A stretch of DNA of 64,000 nt, from assembly GCA_010909165.1 (NCBI GenBank), contig VJWM01000240.1, forward strand, positions 62,001-126,000. Reading direction: 5' to 3'. How positions within the stretch are numbered: the first letter of the stretch is position 1; the number at the start of each line of letters is the position of its first letter. This document shows, piece after piece, positions 11,490 to 21,691 of this stretch. The position numbers were made by a program, and so were the translations under genes. This stretch comes from Anthoceros angustus. Its lineage: Eukaryota; Plantae; Anthocerotophyta. The notes beneath the pieces are model-generated. The model searched no databases. It saw only the letters and a list, made by a program, of their open reading frames with translations, and was not told the DNA's origin.

Positions 11490-13772
11490 TCACGCAGATC
11501 GATCAGGCCTCCACCTGGACTTCTGCACAACCACAATCTGCTCTTGGTCTTGCTTGTAGTGATAGATTTGCTGCCAGTGCAAGGACGTGAGGACGGGAAG
11601 TACATCATCCGCCAAGACCGTGACCTTGTCACGGAAGATGACCCATCCTTCAGGCCTGACTATCCGGTCCACCTCGATAAGAGTGTTGAGAATGCCACAG
11701 CGCTTCTTCAAGCGCGAGAAGACATGATCAGCATGCAGGAGGTCATAGGTTCGGGGGTAGGTGCTGAAGGATTCACACCAGTCGTGATATATCCCGAACA
11801 ATCCCCGCTCGTAGATGATGGGCAGAGTATCCGGCTCATGCGTAGGCACCACGTTCATAACCCACAGTGGCTGCTCTGCCAAAGCAGCAGCGAAGCCTCC
11901 ATACCCTGCGCTCATGTCCATCACATTCCGGACATGAGTCCAGTCTATGCCAAGACCCTTCAAGTAAAGCTTCTGGATCACACGGTTCCAGTGCTCACTG
12001 TTCTCTTGGAACTCCTCACCAGCTGGGCGCCCATACAGACCCTTGGGGATCTTGTTCAGCCAGGCAGGAACCGACGTCAGCCGACTCGGCCACTCCTCCG
12101 GCCACTGAGGCCCTCGCACATCGCCTTCCGGCAGCCTGTGGACGCATGCATTCATGGGGACATACCAGGCAGCATCAGGCTTGTCATCATCCGCACACAA
12201 GGGAGGGAAGTTCTTCTTCCGGTTGTCATAGCATGTGTTGTCCGTAGGCTTCTGGAAAATAGCCACCCCAATACCTGTGCTGGCATCCGTCGTCCGGGAA
12301 AGAAGATCCCAGCAGATCTTGGACGTGAGCCTAAGCATAGCCTTCCAGATACCCCTATCTTCCTCCGACCTCTTGTAAACAGGAGTAGCAGACCAGATGA
12401 AGAACCCACCAGGCCTCAACATCCTGTTCAGCTCCAACAGCAGCATCCCACCCTCGATCTCCCACGGCACCCGGCACCGAGCACAATGCACCACATCAAA
12501 CACATTACTAGGGAACGGCAGCCTCTGGGTCCCCATCACAGCGGAAATGGCAGGAATCCCACGCTCTAGAGCAAACTGCACCTGGGCCTCGTGCTCGTCC
12601 TTAGGTGCCAAGGACATCGCCAACACATTCCTATCAAACAAGAAACCCCCAAAACTAGCCACACCACACCCGACATCCAATATAACACGAGTACGCTTCC
12701 CCCACGCAACATCCGTCTTACTCTTCTCTATAAAATCAATGTAATGCCCAGCACCGTTCTTGAACTGCGTCCCACCACCAGGAAAGATGAGGTAATCTCC
12801 CTGCGTCTTCACCCAGTTCTGATCCGCCTTGTAGTTCGCCAGCTTGGTATGGGGCACATTAGAGTACCAGACCTTGCTCCGACTCTCCGGCCAGGTGATG
12901 GGCACCTGGTACCCCTCCGGCAACGGCACCAAACACTTGGGGATCTCATCCTCAGCAGGACAATGCCTCTCCCTGTGCTCGTAATGCTTAGTGCTCTTCA
13001 ACTGAGCAAGAGCCTTCATGTTATCCAAGCAAGGAATGTAGTCCTGCGCGCCACTCCACTCGCAGCTCTTCCACTCAATCGGGGCCCCATCACCCTCGCT
13101 CTGCGCCGTCACAGGCTTGATCTCATCCTCCTCCGCGGTCTCCCCCTTCCGATCCGCCTCCTCCCCATCTCCCGAACTCTTCTCCTCCTTCGACTCCACC
13201 GACTGGCTCTTCCAACTGGTCGCCCTCTCCGTGTTGTCCAGCGTGAGCTCGGCCCCCGCAGGGTTTCCCTCCTGCACCGTCACCGCAGGGGCGTCGTCCT
13301 TGATCTCCACGATCGGAGTGTCCTCCACCTTGGGCTCCTCCTCCTTCACATCCTCCCTCTTCTTCTCCTCCCCGCTCGCCTCCGGCTTATCCTTCACCTC
13401 CTGCTGCCCCGGATCCGGATCCGGCTTCGGCTCCGGCTCCGGCTCCGGCTTCACATCCTCCACATCCTTACCTTCCCCATCGCCACCCACGTCCACAAAC
13501 TCGGCAGTTGGATCGGGCTTCCCCCTATCGATAAAACCCGGATCTTCCTCGTCCGCATCCGCCGAGACCCCCCTCGTGGGCAGATCCTCCCCACTCTCGA
13601 ACCCCACCGCATCTTTCCTCGCCACATCTGCCTTCCCCCCCGCCGGCTGCACCTCGGCCGGCGAGCTGAACACCCAGACAGCAATGAGAAACACCACAAT
13701 GAAGATCACCCCCGTCACCATGAGGTGAAAGGTGGGCACCCGCTTTTCGGGCCTCACATGCTTCAGCGCCAT
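11490..13772 (-). CDS. Probable Golgi SAM-dependent methyltransferase, PMT/DUF248 family (PMT24-28-like clade), intronless
   Basis: N-terminal TM anchor and acidic stem, then the family motifs DYIPCLDN, HYEHRERHCP, FPGGGTQF, LDVGCGVASFG, APKDEHEAQVQFALERG, RNVMDM.AGYGGFAAAL and HDWCESFSTYPRTYDLLHA. ATG at 13772. Confidence 0.95.
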   Translation of the reverse strand: MALKHVRPEKRVPTFHLMVTGVIFIVVFLIAVWVFSSPAEVQPAGGKADVARKDAVGFESGEDLPTRGVSADADEEDPGFIDRGKPDPTAEFVDVGGDGEGKDVEDVKPEPEPEPKPDPDPGQQEVKDKPEASGEEKKREDVKEEEPKVEDTPIVEIKDDAPAVTVQEGNPAGAELTLDNTERATSWKSQSVESKEEKSSGDGEEADRKGETAEEDEIKPVTAQSEGDGAPIEWKSCEWSGAQDYIPCLDNMKALAQLKSTKHYEHRERHCPAEDEIPKCLVPLPEGYQVPITWPESRSKVWYSNVPHTKLANYKADQNWVKTQGDYLIFPGGGTQFKNGAGHYIDFIEKSKTDVAWGKRTRVILDVGCGVASFGGFLFDRNVLAMSLAPKDEHEAQVQFALERGIPAISAVMGTQRLPFPSNVFDVVHCARCRVPWEIEGGMLLLELNRMLRPGGFFIWSATPVYKRSEEDRGIWKAMLRLTSKICWDLLSRTTDASTGIGVAIFQKPTDNTCYDNRKKNFPPLCADDDKPDAAWYVPMNACVHRLPEGDVRGPQWPEEWPSRLTSVPAWLNKIPKGLYGRPAGEEFQENSEHWNRVIQKLYLKGLGIDWTHVRNVMDMSAGYGGFAAALAEQPLWVMNVVPTHEPDTLPIIYERGLFGIYHDWCESFSTYPRTYDLLHADHVFSRLKKRCGILNTLIEVDRIVRPEGWVIFRDKVTVLADDVLPVLTSLHWQQIYHYKQDQEQIVVVQKSRWRPDRSA

Positions 13773-14361
13773 GGCTCCCAAGCAAATCCAGATCCCACCT
13801 CAACCACCCACCAAAACCTGGACGACACACCAGGACCCAGAAGGCTTAACGCCCTCCCCTCGCTTTCTTCTTCCCGCCTACTCTACATCTACTCTACTCC
13901 GCAGCGGCCATGGCGGAGGAGAACAAGAGAGCGCTCCAAGACGCGGGAGGAACTCGCATTCTCGCTCTCGCCCTCTTATACAAGACAGCACACAAGTTCC
14001 ACCAGATCCGCCCAAAACTTTATTGCCTTCCGTGTGAAAACAACACGGCACCGATCTACCCTTTCTACTGGCGCGTCACGACCGGGTCTGCCATCGCCAA
14101 AGCTCCCCAGTCTCTCACCCGATGTCTCCGCCGCTGCCAGCTGCGGGTCAGCCCAGACGTGGGGTCGTGAAAGAAGCCGGAAAGCGCCCCGAGCTTTGAT
14201 CTCCTTCCCCCCTCTCCCTCCCGGGCTCCGATCACTCACCCGCGCCCTAACCCGCGTCTCAACCCCCAAAAATTAGCGTCTCATACCAGAATCCGCGTCT
14301 CAAACTCAAAACCTTTGCGTCTTAAACTAAAAAAATTCGCGTCTCGAACTCAAAATTCGTC

Positions 14362-15756
14362 TCAAAGCGAAGGGGAACCAGAACAGACGCGTCGGAAAGA
14401 TTCTACAACGGCGGCTATGTCCGCCGCAGAGTGCCCGGCCGATACGTTGAGCTTCAGGCTGGCGGGCAGCTTGCAGTGGTCGACGGAAGCGCGCCTGGAG
14501 ACGGCGACAAGAACATTCTCCTTCTCCAGCAGCTGGTCCGCGATTCTCTGCAACGCAGCGCTGTCCCGAGAGAATTCGCCCGACGGCTTCCTCAGCTGGA
14601 GGTGCAGGACGGGGGAAAGATGGTGCGATCTGAGCACCAGGCCGGGGACGGATTTCAGCCCGGCTCTGAGGGCGGCGATGTTGCTGTGCAGCGCGGAGAG
14701 CAGGCCGGGGTTGTGCTCCAGGATGTCGATGGCGGCCATGGAGGCAGACGCCACATAAGGAGGCAGAGAGGCAGAGAAGCAGTACCCGAGGCCTCCGAGC
14801 CGCTGGTGGTCCACAACCTTGAGGCTTCCCGTGCAGAACCCGCCGACAGAAGCCAGAGCATGCCCCATGGCGGCGATGATGATATCCAGCTTCTCCACCG
14901 GAATGCCGAAGTGCTCGGAGATCCCCCGCCCGGAAGCTCCCAGAACGCCTAGAGAGTTGCTCTCGTCCACCATTACCCGATATTTGAACTCGTCCTTGAG
15001 CCGGATGATCTCGTCCAAGGGCACCAGCTCCCCGCTGTTCTGGTACATGGCCTCCACCACGATGAACCTGCGGTTGAGCGTCTTCCTGGCCTTCTGATCC
15101 TCCAGCCTCACCGCCTCCAGCACGTCACGGAGGGACGCCATGTCGTTGTGCTTGAAGTAGCGCACCTTGCTGCGGGAGAGCAGGATCCCGTTCTGGATGC
15201 TCCAGTGAACCCCCTCGTCGGCCACGATCAGGTCCACCTGCTTGCAGAAGGCCGGGATGGTGCTGGAGGCCGTGGCCAGGCCGTAGGAGTAGAGGATGGA
15301 GTCCGGGGTTCCCATGAACTGCGCGATCTTCTTCTCCAGATCCAGGTGAACATCAATGGTGCCGTAGAATCCCCTAGGCCCGCAAGATCCCACACCGTAC
15401 TTGCCGATGGTGCTCTCGCAGGCCTCCTTCACCCGGCTGTCTCCCACCAGCCCTAGGAAATTGGCGGCCGCCATGTTGATGACGGTGCGGCCATCCACCA
15501 CCGACCTCGGCGTGGCCGCAGACTGCAGCACCGGCTCTCGAGCCGGCTCCTCCCTCTTCACGCTGAGCAAGGGCTCCGGCTCCCACTCCTTGCACAGCTC
15601 GGTGATCTCCTGATCCGTCAGCGGCTGCTTGTCCGGCCAGAAGCTCTTGCGGGACAGCAGGTAGACCAGGACCAGGAGCAGCACCCCCTCCACCAGCAGG
15701 TGCCCCGACAAGGGGTAAAGATCGGAGATGCTGGAAACCAGATCCGGCAGCCCCAT
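14362..15756 (-). CDS. LCB1: Serine palmitoyltransferase long chain base biosynthesis subunit 1, intronless
   Basis: N-terminal TM segment; ELCKEWEPEPL, KYGVGSCGPRGFYGTIDVHLDLE, FKHNDM and YCFSASLPP. AAMGHALA sits where the PLP-binding Lys of LCB2 would be, as expected for LCB1. ATG at 15756. Confidence 0.95.
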   Translation of the reverse strand: MGLPDLVSSISDLYPLSGHLLVEGVLLLVLVYLLSRKSFWPDKQPLTDQEITELCKEWEPEPLLSVKREEPAREPVLQSAATPRSVVDGRTVINMAAANFLGLVGDSRVKEACESTIGKYGVGSCGPRGFYGTIDVHLDLEKKIAQFMGTPDSILYSYGLATASSTIPAFCKQVDLIVADEGVHWSIQNGILLSRSKVRYFKHNDMASLRDVLEAVRLEDQKARKTLNRRFIVVEAMYQNSGELVPLDEIIRLKDEFKYRVMVDESNSLGVLGASGRGISEHFGIPVEKLDIIIAAMGHALASVGGFCTGSLKVVDHQRLGGLGYCFSASLPPYVASASMAAIDILEHNPGLLSALHSNIAALRAGLKSVPGLVLRSHHLSPVLHLQLRKPSGEFSRDSAALQRIADQLLEKENVLVAVSRRASVDHCKLPASLKLNVSAGHSAADIAAVVESFRRVCSGSPSL

Positions 15757-16011
15757 GCTCCCGCCGCCTCCTCCTCCTTCTTCCCCCGGATCGTGAGCAG
15801 CAGAAGCAAGCAAGCAACGAATCGCGAAAAAAAACGCTCACGAAAAGAAGAAGAACGGGAAGAACGATAGAAAAGATGAACCAACCTACAGTTCAGGCTG
15901 AGGAAAGCAATGAAGAGAAGCACATACACGAGAAGCGTTGAGCATGACGAGAGGAACGAGACAGCGCCTTCTAGCGTTGACCGCTTTGAAATGTAGGGCG
16001 GCAGCATCCAT

Positions 16012-16041
16012 GGCCCATGGCTTGGCGTCCTATTAGGGTTT
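16012..16041 (-). promoter_or_regulatory. Possible site II (TGGGCC) plus telo-box (AAACCCTAA) module upstream of LCB1
   Basis: GGCCCA at 16012-16017 and TTAGGGTTT at 16033-16041, ~260-285 bp upstream of the ATG. Short motifs that could be chance. Confidence 0.3.
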
Positions 16042-16189
16042 CAGAGCTCCGACAAACACACACCCTCAGATAGCAGACATACTATACCGGGCTTGCCCAG
16101 CCGGGTTTGGTGTCTCTGCTATGTGAGCGTGCGATTATCGATTAGGGATATGGAAGATTCCTCATCCAGGAGGTCTCACGAGGGAAACC

Positions 16190-16870
16190 AGGATGTCCTC
16201 ACAAATCCGCTGGTGGTGCAGAAATTCGGCAGTCAGCTCCTGGAGTGTTCCCCACGGCCGTCTGATGAGGCACGGCAGCCAGGTTTCTCATCCTGTGCAG
16301 CAGGTGGAAGCACCGGGACCAGTCTGTTCTCCATTCTGCTCAAGGGATGGATTCCGCGGGCTTGAAGGGGAAATTGGATGTCGAGTTTGGGGCAGGAGTT
16401 GGCTTCCGAGACGGGGCTTTGAGGGGAGGTTGCAGGCTATTGGTTGTGTTGCCCAGATGTGGTGAGTGGGATGCAGTCCGAGGCTGGAATTGCAGGGCAC
16501 CAAGGACCTGGTGACATGGTGTTTGGGTGCCGGGATGCGTAACCCTGCAAATTAAACACCAGCAGCAGTGCTTGTTGCAGATGCAATCAGGAAAGGTGAC
16601 CAGGAGCAATCGTCATCTGGTGTTCATCCCTTTTGGTGAGAAAGGAGCAGTCTGTGAAAGAAACATTATGCAGTCACCGAGTCACCCTCACCATGACATG
16701 TAGTGGTGCTTGAACATGGACCAGAAGCTGTTGTGAGCCTAGTATACGTTACAGGAGGGGATGAGTCTCGGGTCTTCCTCTCAGCCTGCACCCCGTAAAG
16801 CTGCCTTCACCCAGGGAATGCCATGTGAACCGTTCGCCTTTCATGGCCCTATTCGAGCCTATGTTTGGGA
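16190..16870 (+). pseudogene. Heavily deleted ELP1 pseudogene fragment
   Basis: Mostly collinear matches to the ELP1 exon: CAGATGTGGTGA.TGGGATGCAGT...CTGGAATTGCAG (cf. 22743-22784), TTGTTGCAGATGCAATC (cf. 23462), GAGCAGTCT.TGAAAG (cf. 23560), AGAA.CTGT...GAGGGGAT (cf. 23766-23805). One further piece, CATGGCCCTATTC (cf. 23016), is out of order. Confidence 0.75.
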
Positions 16871-17291
16871 CTGAATTGTCTCAACGGAAGATTGAGATAG
16901 CGAGTTCCTTCATATTTCAAAGTCAAGTCAAGTTTCATTGAGAAGTGTCTCGCGCTGATCAACTCGCACGAGGGCGTCCTGCGCGCCCTTCCTAGGGCCG
17001 ACAAAAAACGAGTAGGGATGCGAGGAGGGCAGGGCCTATTGGCTCGCACCTCCAATTTTAAGCCGGCACTTCCAAGGCCTGTCAGGTAGCCATGTCGTCG
17101 AATGTCACCGACTGGATTGGCAAGCAGGTCAACGAGTAGAGGTGAAGCCGCAAAGGGTGTAGGGGCAGAAAGAAATCCATATTGAAGGGTGTGCAAAATG
17201 TTTATGTTCATATGCTGCCAACAACATCAAAGGGTTACATGTGCCATCGCGATGAGCCCCCATAATCTTAGTGTAGGCGCTCCCAGGGGCA

Positions 17292-17428
17292 CGGAGAGAG
17301 CAGGGTTAAAAGAAAACATTGAGTTCGGGTAAAGCTCAGGGCTCTCCCCCTGCCTAGGGCATGGAGAGAGTAGGGTTAAAAGAAAACATTGAGTTCGGGT
17401 AAAGCCTAGGGCTCTCCCCCCCTGCCTG
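17292..17428. repeat. ~70-bp tandem duplication within an LTR-like relic (~16870-17700)
   Basis: GGAGAGAG.AGGGTTAAAAGAAAACATTGAGTTCGGGTAAAGC..AGGGCTCTCCCCC occurs twice. GGTATATAAG follows at ~17574. Confidence 0.7.
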
Positions 17429-17699
17429 AGCAAAGGGGGCCTAGAGTCATCCATGCACGTAAGGGGGCCGAGCAAAAGCTGAGGTTGTTTTCAAAAGCCA
17501 AAAAGATCCGCAAAATTCCGCGTAGAAACAGTACATGTGCCCCAGAGGCGAGGCTTTCAAGCGGCTGGGGGCTGGTATATAAGCAATCTGCGGGCTTGGC
17601 AACCAAGCATTGTGGGGTCTCGTTCTGTATTCTCTTTCGTCCGCCCTATGAGCTATTGCGAGAGACTCATTAGGAGGGAGCTGATGCAGTAGTAGCGGC

Positions 17700-18400
17700 A
17701 AAGGTACGGTAGTAGCCTACTTGAAGTAATTCAGGATAAGAGGGAGTGTTGCGAGGGTGCATACCTATGGCCGCCTAACCGCTTTGTTGAGTGGTGGAAT
17801 AGGTGGGGTTGTAGAAGCTCGGCATTAAGGAACTTGTTGCCGCAAAATGGCCAGCATTTGACGCCCTAGAGCTCAACATACTTCCTCGTGAAGCGAAGAG
17901 TATGTGAGATAAGGAACAGCTATGAGGAGACTTTGGCTGCATGGCGTAGGTTGAGTGGGGGCAACCTGAGTAGGGTCGAATATAACACGGGTTCTCGGAG
18001 AGCCAGGAGGTGCAAGTGTTGTAGGGGCCTAGGCCGGGTCCCCAGGGGTGAGGTGCCCTTGCCCGCCATGGTGCCGAGCAATGGGTGTGGAGGGAGGGAA
18101 GAGAAAGAGGGGTGGGGGCTGGGGGAGAGGTTGCAAGGGAGGTGGAGAGCTGGGGAGGGTTGCAAGGGAGGTGGAGAGGGGACTAGTGACCGATATAGGC
18201 GCCGCCAGACACCGCTATGTGGCTGCTTCCGAGGACTGTGACCTACCCAGCGACAAGAGCAATGGAGCATAGCAGACCCAACCTCAGGGTGTGCTAATGT
18301 TTTCGAAGGGGAGGGAGAGGGAGGGGCGAGGGTTTCGAAGGAGGGGAGGCAGGGCGGGGAAGAGAGAGCTGATATTGTGTAGGTCGGGCAACGGTGCACA
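17700..18400 (-). mobile_element. Possible degraded 5' part of a CRE-like non-LTR element
   Basis: A Pro/Ser-rich ORF is followed by a segment loosely resembling 50345-50788. Weak similarity only. Confidence 0.25.
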
Positions 18401-19168
18401 CAAACATGAGTCGCGTTTGCAACACCGACTCCAATGATATGGCCGACTTTGAAGAAAAACCTTTTATCTAGAAGAAAATTGGTAGACGAATAGGTATATC
18501 ACCGAGAGCGGTCAAGACGGGTGCAATTGTATGGTTTTCTTTTCTTCTTTATTTTTATACAAGAATGATTATTTATTTATTTTTTGATTTATTTCTTGAA
18601 AGGCTCACAAAGAAACTAAGAATATTGGGCCGAGGAGAGCCTCTAGATCCCTAAGGGAAGAGGAAAAAGGGATCCTATATTGTTTGGCCAACAAGAGCCA
18701 CCTAAGCTAAACTGTAGACTCTACCACGAAGGGGGATCTAATTTCCCTTGAAACACGAGTATTTTCAGAAAGCCAAATTTCATGCATAGCAAAAGCATAC
18801 AAGAGAAGTGAGGGAATAAGAGATGGAGAGGGGCAGACCAAAGCTGATTAAACTTAAGAGCAGGATAAAGTGTTGGAGAGCTGACATTGTAGGTCTCATT
18901 TTGACAGATCTATATGTTTTCCATAGAGTGTAAAGTGGACTCCAAGCAGAGAACAAATGGTCTTTGTACTGTGGATACTTAAGAAGGATGAGACCAAGGC
19001 TAGAAGTTGTCGGACAGTGTGTAAGTCTGTATCGCTAAGATGACCAACCCCAAGAGAGAGGTCATGCTCGAAGTACCAATTACATGTTGCCCTATTCCAA
19101 AGATCAGAAATCTTGGAGATGCCACATATATGGTACCCTACATATATAGGGTACACAAAGTTATAGCT

Positions 19169-19297
19169 TTGGAATCCGTCTGTTGTGATGAATTGAAGCC
19201 ACACTTGTCATCAGACAATTGTGACATTGTTTGTGCAACCACAAAGAAATAAGAATTTCGGCAATTGTGTTTGAATAGACGGCCCCAAGTCGGTTTG
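19169..19297 (+). pseudogene. Decayed duplicate of the ELP1 5' leader and first codons
   Basis: TTGGAATCCGTCTG.T.TGAT.AATTGAAGCCA...AATTGTGACATTGTTTG.GC...GGCA.TTGTGTTTGA aligns with 21613-21740. The ELP1 ATG is mutated to ATA. Confidence 0.8.
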
Positions 19298-19439
19298 AAA
19301 AGCTTGGAGGGGAAGGATTATTTAAATATATAAATGATATGTGACCAAAGATTAATGAAACTTGCAGTGATAATATCATGAAGGTTAAAATATTTATGTA
19401 ATTCCCCACTTCAAACGAAGGGAATGTGGAGACTGTACG

Positions 19440-19815
19440 TGAAAAAAGAAAAGAGATGGGAAATCTCATCTACCTTGAGAGAAAGGCAGAACAACGCACA
19501 GGAGGGCACCAGGCCAAGGGGAACTAGCCCCCGCGGACTAGCCTATCTACCACTAGGGCCGAAGATGCCTCATCCCCTACGCTTGCCGCCATCTAGTACA
19601 TTGCATTTGTGCCCTTTGCAAGGTGATGGACACCCGTTGCCTGAAGAAAGCCACAATACAAGAAAGGGGGAGACCAACCCCATTCTGGTGATAAAGCCTT
19701 GGCACTGGCCTTGATGAACTTGGCACATCCCTTTGCCACCCAACCCGGAGGGTTGAGAATAACTTGTTCAGCCGAAGGCCGCCCCAGCCTCACCGCGATA
19801 GCCCCATACGCCGAC
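19440..19815 (-). mobile_element. CRE-like non-LTR retrotransposon 3' relic
   Basis: LNPPGWVAKGCAK aligns with INPLGWAEEGCAT of the 27339-27719 RLE relic, and the 3' UTR motifs are shared. Confidence 0.6.
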
Positions 19816-20542
19816 GAAGTAAATAGTTGCGGTTTTTTCCGAATAAATTATTTTCAATCCTTGTTTTGCGAACTTAATCTTTTTTGATGGATTATCCAGC
19901 AAACCTCCGCTTGCAGGGCTGGTGCCCCAAACCCCTCGTCCTTAAGCTAATACTTGGGAGCTAAAGTACCAAGGGGTGTTTGCCACAAACAAAGCTGGGC
20001 TTTGGTTTCTTGCTGCAATGACCTATTAGTGATATTTCATTTATGCACAACGAAAGCATCCACATGATCTCACCTAGTGAGGTAGAGTGTGTAGTACTAC
20101 TCGTGGGTAGGCTCTCAAACTAATGCTAAAACTATTATAGCTCATGGTAACAACGATTTCATAGTCATGAACGTACGGCAAACCGTTGTTTTACTTTAGT
20201 CAGATGCAATGTGGGTACACTCTCGCTCCTCGCAACACGGTTCCAATCCTTTGAGATTCAGAACGCTGATGTTAAGGAGGGGATTGAAGCGGAGGTGCAC
20301 TATCTCGCACTCCAGGTACTTATATAACCGCAAAGTGAAATGAATTATTGTACATATTTGAACTTATATAATTATAAATTTTAGATAAAATATTAAATAA
20401 ATAATTTAATAAAATATAAAATACAGTAGAGATTTTTAATATGTGAATATTCTTATTTTATTTAGCATAAGCGTAAATCAGATTATTGATCCTTTAGCAC
20501 CTTGTGCAGCCAAAAGTACGTTTTATTGTAAATTGATAGGTA

Positions 20543-20887
20543 CCATACCCCGAAGGGTGATTTGGCATTAATTAGTTAAAATTAGTAAAAGTTGAAAATT
20601 CAAAAATTACTATACTTAAAATGCCCAATGTGTAAAAATTTACAAGTTTAAGATGCCGAAAACAAGGAAACTAGGGTTGTGTGGAAAAATAGAGCCTGTT
20701 TAGGGGAGGTATACATATATATGTATTAATTCTATATAGATACCTATGTATTCTAATGAATGTTGAAATTTAATAAAATTATTTTTCATAAAAATTGAAT
20801 TATGAAAATATAAATATTATTGTTGAATTTATTTTTTTAAAATAATTATTTCGGCATTACACTGTTGAACCCCCCCTTAGGGTACGG
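20543..20887 (-). mobile_element. Tc1/mariner-pogo-type MITE (~345 bp), TA-flanked
   Basis: TA|CCATACCCCGAAGGGTG ... CCCCTTAGGGTACGG|TA. Full-length inverted sister copy at 37843-38185. Confidence 0.85.
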
Positions 20888-20967
20888 TAGTCCAGTTTGA
20901 AATAAAAGGCGGCGACATATGTACATTGAAAGTTTGCGATGTACATTGAAAGTTTGCGATTCAATTA

Positions 20968-21503
20968 CAGTCCACCTCCGTTAATTGAGACTAGTTCGGA
21001 GTGCCTTTAGAGGTCCTATTAAGGGAGGTGTCCGAATTATATTTACCCTATTTTAAAAAATAATAAAGATATTATAAATTTAAAAACAAATAAAAATACC
21101 CAAAAAATGAAGATTTAAATTTTGATTGATAGGTTTCACTAAAAATAACTTTTACCACTTCTCTATATAGTTGCTTGAAAGCTAGCACTCTCTCTAAGTA
21201 GCATTAAAAAACCTCTACCTATCGTAAAGGAAAAAGTTAAGCTTAGAAGTCTTCAATCACACTTAAAAGTCTATTGTGCTCTGAAATAATCGATTCTTTT
21301 TTCTTTTTTTAATATGTTTCGTAAAATAAATTAAAAATCCTATTTAGGAGTTGAAACTAACATAAATTTATGTTTCAAAAGGTCCTAATGATTATTTAAG
21401 GAAATGTCCCATTTTTTACACTGTAAACTAAAGGGAGTAGGATGGGAGGTCCCATCTAGAGAGGAATCCCATTTATGGAGTTCCCAATTAGGGGGGCTGA
21501 CTG
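20968..21503 (+). mobile_element. Pogo/Tigger-like MITE (~535 bp) in the ELP1 promoter
   Basis: TA|CAGTCCACCTCCGTTAATTGAGAC ... TTCCCAATTAGGGGGGCTGACTG|TA with an AT-rich interior. Related copy at ~10130-10836. Confidence 0.75.
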
Positions 21504-21691
21504 TATGTAGGTTTGTCCAGTTCTGATCGTGCCTTTGGTAGGGTTCCAGTGGATGAAAGATGAAACTGTTGACTTGGGAAACCGTAGTGTATGGAAGTGT
21601 TTGCTTCGGACATTGGAATCCGTCTGCTATGATAAATTGAAGCCATATTTGTCACCAGAGAATTGTGACATTGTTTGCGCAGCTGCCGAGA

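Noticed and set aside
11313-14276. Long plus-strand ORFs (418 and 561 aa) opposite the PMT gene
   Set aside because: These are antisense shadow frames caused by GC-rich codon bias. They have low-complexity Leu/Arg/His composition and no domain.
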